64,000 nt of DNA. Source: Eledone cirrhosa. Lineage: Eukaryota. Below, in pieces: positions 54,033-64,000 of this stretch (positions within the stretch are counted from its first letter, which is position 1; every line of letters begins with the position of its first letter). Location: assembly GCA_964016885.1 (NCBI GenBank), contig OZ024744.1, positions 113,894,001 to 113,958,000 of the forward strand. The letters are read 5' to 3'. Position numbers and translations under genes: made by a program. The notes under the pieces are model-generated. The model worked only from the letters and a program-made list of their open reading frames with translations. It searched no databases and was not told the DNA's origin.

Positions 54033-55879
54033 CAAAATCACTGGCTCTACTGTTGGCCCTCTAATTGATGAAAATGGCACTCTTCAAGACAATGCTAAAA
54101 CCATGGGTGAGATACTGCAGAAACAATACTGCTCTGTTTTCAGCAATCCTGATATGGCCGATCTGGGCTGTATCGGCGATGTTACTCCCCATTACACCTT
54201 ATCGGACATAACGTTTGGCGCCCCTGATGTCTTGGCGGCAATAAAGGAAATCAAGCATAATTCAGCAGTGGGTCCCGATAGGTTCCCTGCTTGTATCTTG
54301 AAGGCGTGTCAACACCAACTTGCATCTCCTCTTGCCAATCTGTGGTGGAACTCACTGGATGCTGGATATGTGCCAGAAAACCTTCTGTCCCAGTCTGTTG
54401 TCCCAGTTTTCAAAAAAAGAAACAAATCCCTTGCCGTGAATTACCGTCCAATCTCACTCACCTCTCATATCATTAAGGTATTTGAGAGAGTGGTGAGATC
54501 GCGAATGACTCACTTCCTTGAGAGTAACAATATGCTGAACTCCAACCAGCCTGGATTCCGTAATGGAAGGGATTGCCTGACGCAGCTACTGCATCACTTT
54601 GATGACATTTTGAGAGCCTTGTGAGAGGGTTCCAACAGTGATGTTATCTACCTTGATTTCAGCAAGGCCTTTGACAGGGTTGATCACAACATTCTACTGA
54701 GAAAGCTGTCCAATAATGGTGTCACTGGAAAGCTGCTGCAGTGGATCAAGTGCTTCCTGTCAAACAGAACCCAACATGTTGAAGTCGAAGGAGTCAAATC
54801 CAGCCCAGCCAAAGTCAGTAGTGGGGTCCCACAAGGCACTGTGTTGGGCCCACTTCTCTTCATCATCTATATTAATGACATCATTGACATCATCAAACAC
54901 AGCAACATTAGAATTTTCGCTGATGATTCCAAGCTCTAAAAGGTCATCAATGGCGTGGATGACCGGATAAGCCTTCAGTCAAACCTACTGGCTGTTACCC
55001 ATTGGGCGGAAAAGAACAACATGTTACTGAACGAAGACAAATTCGAACTGATCCACTTTGGAAAAGAGGATGCTCTGAAACTCCCGTACTCCCTTCCCTC
55101 CGGTGAAACTCTCGTGGCATCTAACAACATCAGAGACTTGGGAGTAACTGTGGACAGCAACATAAGCTGGGCCACGCATATAAGCAGCAAAGTTGACATG
55201 GCCCGCAGAATGTGTTCCTGGATCCTCAGAACCTTCCAGTCGAGAGATTCCCACACCGTTATCCTTCTCTTCTCCACTTTTGCCCGACCACACCTTGAAT
55301 ACTGTTGTCCACTGTGGTCTCCCCACACGAAACAAAGTATCATGAAACTTGAAGCTCCCCAAAGGGCAATCACGAAAAAGATAGATGGCATGTCAGACCA
55401 TGACTACTGGGGTTGACTAGAAAAGCTGAAACTTTACTCACTCCAACGTCGCCGTGAGCGTTATATTATCTGCATGATGTGGAAAATGTTTCATCAGCAC
55501 TACCCAAATGATGTTGGCATCACCTTCAAAATACACCCAAGGCTTCGGCCCCGTGCTATCCGTTCCAAACAAAAATCTAAATCGCAACTCATAAAAACAA
55601 TACGGCACAATTATTACACCTCAATTGGCCCTGCTCTCTTCAACATCACACCAGGACACGTCAAAGCAGAAACTGACCACACAAAATTCAAGAAGTCTTT
55701 GGACAAATTCCTCCAAGTGATCCCGGACAAACCACCCACACCCGGATATGTCTCCGCAAACAGTAATTCCCTTCTCGAATTGGCCATGGTGCCCAAATCC
55801 TGAATTGAAAGACTTTGCCAGGTGGTGCTATTAAGTTAGACATGACCTGGGCCAATACTGGCCAAAACATTTCAAAGTT
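54033..55879 (+). mobile_element. CR1-clade LINE, 5'-truncated, a few stops
   Basis: NYRPISLTS, Q.GFR.GR.C, YLDFSKAFDRVDH, SGVPQGTVLGP, FADDSK, RDLGV, RPHLEYC..LWSP. Confidence 0.92.
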
Positions 55880-55931
55880 ATATACATATACATATATATA
55901 TATATATATAATTACATACATATATATATAC

Positions 55932-55964
<33 letters not shown>

Positions 55965-56169
55965 CATATATACATACATATATATATATACATATATACA
56001 TACATATATATACATATATACATATATACATACATATATACATATATACATACATATATATATACATATATACATACATATATATACATATACATATATA
56101 TATATATACATATATACATACATATATATATACATACATATATATATACATACATATATATATATATAT

Positions 56170-56204
<35 letters not shown>

Positions 56205-56205
56205 C
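55880..56205. repeat. Compound (TA/CA)n microsatellite
   Basis: Seen directly. Confidence 0.95.
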
Positions 56206-56292
56206 AGTAATAATAATAAATTTGAAGACTAAAATCCAAAGAGGCCTCAATAAGGATAAATATATATCAAATATATAAGAAACGTAGAGCAA

Positions 56293-56782
56293 ATATTTAT
56301 TAAAATAACAAATTAAAGTTTAAGCAAAGAATTGCTGCTTTCACCCTTAACGGGATCTTCTGAAACTAACAAAGTCAATCTGTAAACGCAGAAGTGAATA
56401 TTTCAAAAAACGTTGCAACGGGAGGAAAACAGGAAGATGATACTTTGGTTCGTGGAAACGTTCCCTGGCAAAGAACGGGAAACAATGAATATAATACGTC
56501 ATTAATAGGAGCGGTGAAAAACAATTACACGCAAAGACAGAACCACGTCTATTGTATAAAAGAAGTCGTAGACTCATGTTCTCTTAGATGGTTCATAGAG
56601 ACGTTCTCTGGCAATGAACGGAAAAAATGAAGATAATACATCATATGTGGAGCGTGGAGAACAATTGCACGCGAAGTCAAAACCACATAAATAGTATAGC
56701 TGAAGACGCAGACTAAAATTCTAACTAAGAATGAAAGCAGCGATTCTTTGCTTAAACTTTAATCTGTTATTTTAATAAATAT
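56293..56782. mobile_element. Unclassified element bounded by ~50-bp inverted repeats
   Basis: atatttattaaaataacaaattaaagtttaagcaaagaattgctgctttca versus tgaaagcagcgattctttgcttaaactttaatctgttattttaataaatat. Confidence 0.55.
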
Positions 56783-56794
56783 ATATATGTACAT

Positions 56795-57438
56795 ATCATC
56801 ATCATCATCGTTTAACGTCCGTGTTCCACGCTTGCATGGGTTTGGACGGGGGTTTTCCCACTTGAGGCAAGAGTGATTGTCTTGCTCGCATAGGACTGTC
56901 TGGCAGGTTTTCTACAGTTGGATGCCCTTCCTAACACCAACCACATTTACAGTGTGGGTCTGGGAGGTTTTTACCGTGTTGCCTACACGGCCACATTACA
57001 GCGTGGACTGTGTGTTTTTTGTCGTGACACCTACACGATCTCATTTGTTTCGGCCTGGATGGTGTGGCACCAACATAACTTTACATAGAAGGGGGCGGTG
57101 TGGATGGAGTGGGGGTGGTGGGACAGGGGTGTATTTTGTTAGAGATGCCTACTGACTGTAGTAGGTTTTACTTTGTATATAGGTAAGGCGGGTCTTCTCT
57201 ATTACTGAGTACCGCCAAAGGTCTCGGTCCAGTGACATTGTCTTGGTGAGGTGTAAGTGTGTGAGGTCGGAGTTTATCAGCTCGTCCCAGGTTTTTCTGG
57301 GTCTGCCTATTCCGTGGCTACCGTCTATCTTTATTGCCCTGCACTTTGTTATACAGCTATCGTCCTTCATGCGCATCACGTGACCATACCAACGTAGCCT
57401 TCTCTCTAGTAAACAACATCTGATCCTTCTTATTTCTA
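56795..57438 (-). mobile_element. RTE 3' fragment (young subfamily)
   Basis: Reverse complement of ~53290-53943. Confidence 0.93.
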
Positions 57439-57464
57439 ATACATACATATATATATATACATAT

Positions 57465-57507
<43 letters not shown>

Positions 57508-57520
57508 AATACATACATAT

Positions 57521-58012
57521 ATGGTGGCTGCCAACTCGTTTTCGAGTACGACCACTACTTTATATCCATGTTGGAGAACCCCTATCGATGCGCTGAACGA
57601 GTGTGACTTTTTAGTCCAGCCAGCGACTTGAAAACTCTGGTACAAACACTACACTTGTGACAATTACTGACACATAGTGCTGGGCCCATGGTACCATGTG
57701 ACGACAAGTGCAGAGAGATCTCCAGATATAAAGCAATGCCTGTGCCATGAAGCTTTTATAGTGAGCAAAGGCACTGCACAAAGCCAGTCCCACTCTCTTA
57801 ACCAAGATGATATTTACCAAAAAGAAGAATAAGTCAACATCATTGGATACCATCAGGGTTGCAGGTGTTATATCAGAGTTTTCCTTCTACTAGAATTCTG
57901 CCTTGACAAAGGCTAAGGGGTCATCTCTCCCGGTGATTTTGGATGGCCATTGACTCTTAAGAGCTCCTTTGCCCTTTGACAGGTATTGTTTTTAGTCCGG
58001 CAATGTTCAAAG
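57521..58012. other. Unclassified ~490-bp island between TA tracts, probably TE-derived
   Basis: Mixed-composition block. gagttttccttct...gccttgacaaaggcta resembles RTE-type UTR motifs; no convincing ORF. Confidence 0.3.
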
Positions 58013-58013
58013 T

Positions 58014-58555
58014 CTATATATATATACATATATACACATATATATATACATATATATATACATATATATATATACATATATATATACATATATATATACA
58101 TATATATATATACATATATATATACATATATATACATATATACATACATATATATATACATATATACATATATATATACATATATACATACATATATATA
58201 TATATATACATATATATATACATATATACATACATATATATATACATATATACATACATATATATATACATATATATATATACATATATATATACATATA
58301 TACATACATACATGCATATATACATATATATATATACATATATATATATACATATATATATACATATACATATATATATATACATATATATATATACATA
58401 TATATATATACATATATATATACATATATATATACATATATATATATATACATATATATATACATATATATATATACATATATATATGTATATATATATT
58501 ATATATTATACATATATATATTATATATATGTATATATATATTATAAATTTATAA
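58014..58555. repeat. Compound (TA/CA)n microsatellite
   Basis: Seen directly. Confidence 0.95.
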
Positions 58556-58691
58556 ATATATAATAAATTTAAGTGAAAGCAACTGGTGCGTGTGTTTCTT
58601 ATTGGCAACATGACCCTCCCAAAGTATAACAATATCGGTTTCAACACACGATTTCAGATAAAGAATCTTGCTAAACAAATTCAGAAACGAA
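58556..58691 (+). mobile_element. Penelope tail fragment
   Basis: Same module as 30200-30270, 41775-41830 and 46632-46700. Confidence 0.7.
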
Positions 58692-58719
58692 ATATATATA
58701 TATACATATATATATATGA

Positions 58720-58764
<45 letters not shown>

Positions 58765-58773
58765 CATATATAT

Positions 58774-59039
58774 TTTTCCCTGCTTGCAAGGGTGGGACAG
58801 GAACTGATTCTGGCTTGATTTCTACAGCTGGATGCCCTTCCTAACACCAACCTCATTTACAGTGAGTGCTGGGTGCTTTTTTGCCGTGGCACCTCCACGA
58901 CCACTTTGCAGTGGAATGATAGGGACCCCAGTCCCTATCATCTCAATTTTACAGCTGAGTAAACTGGAGCAATGTAAAATTAAGTGTCTTGCTCAAGGAA
59001 ACAACACATCACCCGGTCTGAGAATTGAACTCACAACCT
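58774..59039 (-). mobile_element. SINE S2, 5'-truncated
   Basis: Reverse complement of ~48100-48365. Confidence 0.9.
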
Positions 59040-59040
59040 C

Positions 59041-60360
<1,320 letters not shown>

Positions 60361-60586
60361 TAGGAAAATGTATGACCCCCGACGGCAGAGCTCAAGCCGT
60401 TGCGATGGCTAATTTCTGGACAGGGTAATACATTTTCCTATTACCCACTCTACTACCCTAAGTATTGAGTACTCTGGTGCGTTATGGTCCATCTGGTTCC
60501 TTACCATAACTCCTTTGTTATATACATACACATATATACATATATACATATATACATATATATATACACATATATATACATGTGCA

Positions 60587-60932
60587 GGCATATGGCTTAG
60601 TGGTTAGAGCATTGGCCTTGCAATCGAAAGGTTGTGAGTTCAATTCTCAGACCGGGTGATGTGTTGTTTCCTTGAGCAAGACACTTTCTTTCACATTGCT
60701 CCAGTTTACTCAGCTTTAGAAATGAGATGCTAGGGACTGGGGTCCCTATCATTCCACTGCAAAGTGGTCGTGGAGGTGCCACAGTAAAAAAAAGGCACCA
60801 GCACTCACTGTAAATGAGGTTGGTGTTAGGAAGGGCATCCAGCTGTAGAAATGAAGCCAGAATCAGTTCCCGTCCCACCCTTGCAAGCAGGGAAAAAGCG
60901 GATGTAATGTAAAATGAAATGATGATGATGAA
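60587..60932 (+). mobile_element. SINE S2, full length
   Basis: As 48056-48392. Confidence 0.9.
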
Positions 60933-61094
60933 TGATACATATATATATATATATTAAAGTGTTAAACAATATTCACTGATTATGTCAAAGAATGAGTTTT
61001 ACAGTAGATTGGAAGCACTCAACGTCAAAAATAATTTTCTGGAGTTATTAATATTAAAATATAAGTATTAATAAAATAGATGTTCTTTTGATCA

Positions 61095-61157
61095 ATTACA
61101 TTTTATTATACATATTTCGGATGTACAACAGTACGTCCTCATCAGACAAAATATAAT
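61095..61157 (-). ncRNA. Mirror hammerhead motif with intact core
   Basis: Reverse complement of 61250-61312 with one substitution in stem II. Confidence 0.8.
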
Positions 61158-61249
61158 GATACATGACATACCCTGAGATGTTAAATGGTTAAGATTTACT
61201 ACCTTGATTAAATCTTAACCATTTAACATCTCAGGGTATGTCATGTATC

Positions 61250-61312
61250 ATTATATTTTGTCTGATGAGGAGGTACTGTTGTACATCCGAAATATGTATA
61301 ATAAAATGTAAT
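61250..61312 (+). ncRNA. Type-I hammerhead ribozyme motif with intact core
   Basis: attatattttgt-CTGATGA-gga.gtac(tgtt)gtac.tcc-GAAA-tatgta-TA-ataaaatgtaat; 12-bp stem I, AUA triplet. Confidence 0.82.
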
Positions 61313-61521
61313 TGATCAAAAGAACATCTATTATATTAATACTTATATTTTAATATATATACATATACATATATATATATATATACACATACATATATAT
61401 GTATACAGAGTTATATATATATATATATATACACACATATATATATATATATATACACACACATATATATATATATATATACACACATATATATATACAC
61501 ATATATATATATACACACACA

Positions 61522-62699
61522 TATCATCATCATCATCATCATCGTTTCACGTCCACATTCCACGCTTGCATGGGTTTCGATGGGAGTTTTCCCACTTGAG
61601 GCAAGAGTGGTTGTCTTGCTCGCATAGGACTGTCTGGCGGGTTTTCTACAGCTGGATGCCCTTCCTAACACCAACCACATTTACAGTGTGGGGCTGGGAG
61701 GTTTTTACCGTGTTGCCTACACGGCCACATCACAGCGTGGACTGTGTGTTTTTTTTGTCGTGACACCTACACGACCTCATTTGTTTCGGCCTGGATGTTG
61801 TGGCATCAACATAACTTTACATTGAAAGGGGCGGTGTGGATGAGGTGGGGGTGGTGGGACGGGGGTGTATTTTGTTAGAGATGCCTACTGACTGTAGTAG
61901 GTTTTAATTTGTATTTAGGTAAGGCGGGTCTTCTCTATTACTGCGTACCGCCAAAGATCTCGGTCCAGTGACATTGTCTTGGAGAGGTGTAAGTGTGTGA
62001 GGTCGGAATTTATCAAGTCGTCCCAGGTTTTTCTGGGTCTGCCTACTCCATGGCTACCGTCTACCTTTATTGCCCTGCACTTTTTTATACAGCTGTCGTC
62101 TTTCATGCGCATCACGTGACCATACCAACGTAGCCTTCTCTCGAGTAAACAACATCTGATCCCTCTTATTTCTGATTTTTCCCTTAGTTCGTTAATGCTT
62201 TGCCGTTCAAGTATATTACTATTACACATCCAGCGGAGCATGCAAGCTTCGTTCCTCTCTAGTCTGCGTATATCCTCTGCACACAATGCCCAGGTTTCAC
62301 TGCCATGCAACATTGCTGTTCGTATGCAGGCGTCATACAACCTGCCTTTCATTTTTAGCGGCTAATAGTGGTATAAGCTCTCTGAACTTTTTCCATCCAG
62401 TTCTGACTCTAGCTACTGTACTTTCAGAGCACCCTCCCCCACTGCTGATTTTGTCACCCAGGTAACGGAAGCTGTCCACTATATCTATAGAACCCTCTGC
62501 GCAGTTGAAAGAGCTAGTATTTTGTGGGCACTTGCTGCTACTTATTGCACCAGAGCACCGGCCACATATAAAATCTATGTTCTTAGTTAGCTTACCTGTG
62601 ATACCACTACATCTTTTATGCACCCATACTTTGCATTTGGGACATAAAATGGAGTTTCTACCTACGCCTTTCCTACACACTGAGCATGGCCATTTCCCA
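61522..62699 (-). mobile_element. RTE 3' fragment (young subfamily)
   Basis: [13 protein letters not shown]...RLRWYGHV...; small deletion at ~62355; (GAT)n tail. Confidence 0.94.
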
Positions 62700-63941
62700 A
62701 TATATATATATATATACACATATATATATATATACATATATATATACACATATATATATATACACATATATATATACATATATATATACATATATATATA
62801 CACATATATATATACACATATATATTTATATATACACATATATATTTATATATACACATATATATATATATATACACATATATATATATATATACACACA
62901 TATATATATATATACATATATATACATACATATATATATACACATATATATATACATATATATATACACATATATATATACATATATATATACATATATA
63001 TATACACATATATATACACACACATATATACATACATATTTATATATACACATATATATATATACATATTTATATATACACATATATATATACATATATA
63101 CATACATATATATATACATATATACATATATATATACATATATACATATATATATACATATAGATATACATATATATATACATATATATATAAATATATA
63201 CATATATATATATACATATATATATAAATATATACATATATATATATACATATATATATAAATATATACATATATATATATACATATATATATATACATA
63301 TATATATATACATATATATATATACATATATATATATACATATATATATATACATACATATATACATATATACATACATACATATATAAATATACATATA
63401 TACATATATATATACATATATACATATATATATACATATATATATACATATACATATATATATACATATACATATATATATATATACATATACATTATAT
63501 ATATATATACATATACATTATATATATATATACATATACATTATATATATATATATATACATATATATATACATATATATATACATATATATATACATAT
63601 ATAAATACATATATATATACATATATAAATACATATATATATACATATATAAATACATATATATATACATATATAAATACATATATATATACATATATAA
63701 ATACATATCTATCTATCTAAGGCGGGTAAAATTCCCGCGATCCATGGACGAGTTCTCTCCAGCGGTCTCTGTCCCTCATTATCGCTGCCATATCCTGCAT
63801 CTCCAACAGACCAGTGTCTGTCCTTAGGGCATCAATATACGTTAACCTTGGTCTTCCTCTTCTAGTGTGTCCATGTATAAATACATATATATAAATACAT
63901 ATATATAAATACATATATATATACATATATAAATACATATA

Positions 63942-63993
<52 letters not shown>

Positions 63994-64000
63994 CATATAT
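62700..64000. repeat. Compound (TA/CA)n microsatellite interrupted at 63717-63875
   Basis: Seen directly. Confidence 0.95.
63717..63875 (-). mobile_element. Second ~160-bp RTE-like 3' end
   Basis: Near-identical reverse complement of 59709-59868. Confidence 0.75.

Larger units (their letters stand above)
60955..61356. mobile_element. Fold-back Penelope-like terminal repeat (148-bp arms 61051-61198 / 61209-61356)
   Basis: Near-perfect palindrome with a 10-bp spacer and a hammerhead in each arm. Confidence 0.78.

Overview
Eukaryotic, AT-rich, almost entirely repeat-derived DNA. An octopod cephalopod origin is inferred from the SINE and LINE families. The window holds decayed non-LTR retrotransposons of several clades (R4/Dong-type and CRE-type restriction-like-endonuclease elements, many RTE/BovB-like copies, CR1, Tx1-like ends) and Penelope-like (GIY-YIG) elements. 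It also holds tRNA-derived SINEs, two abutting non-autonomous Helitrons, a non-coding LTR element, MITEs, four minisatellite arrays (68, 80, 36 and 59 bp units) and very long compound (TA)n microsatellites. Only one plausible host exon is visible (minus strand, ~5100-5386). The most striking signal is about ten type-I hammerhead ribozyme motifs from at least five sequence families. Most lie in non-coding, partly tandem or fold-back modules inserted in (TA)n tracts. In one module the inversion breakpoint falls on the predicted self-cleavage site. Boundaries were read by eye and are approximate unless stated.
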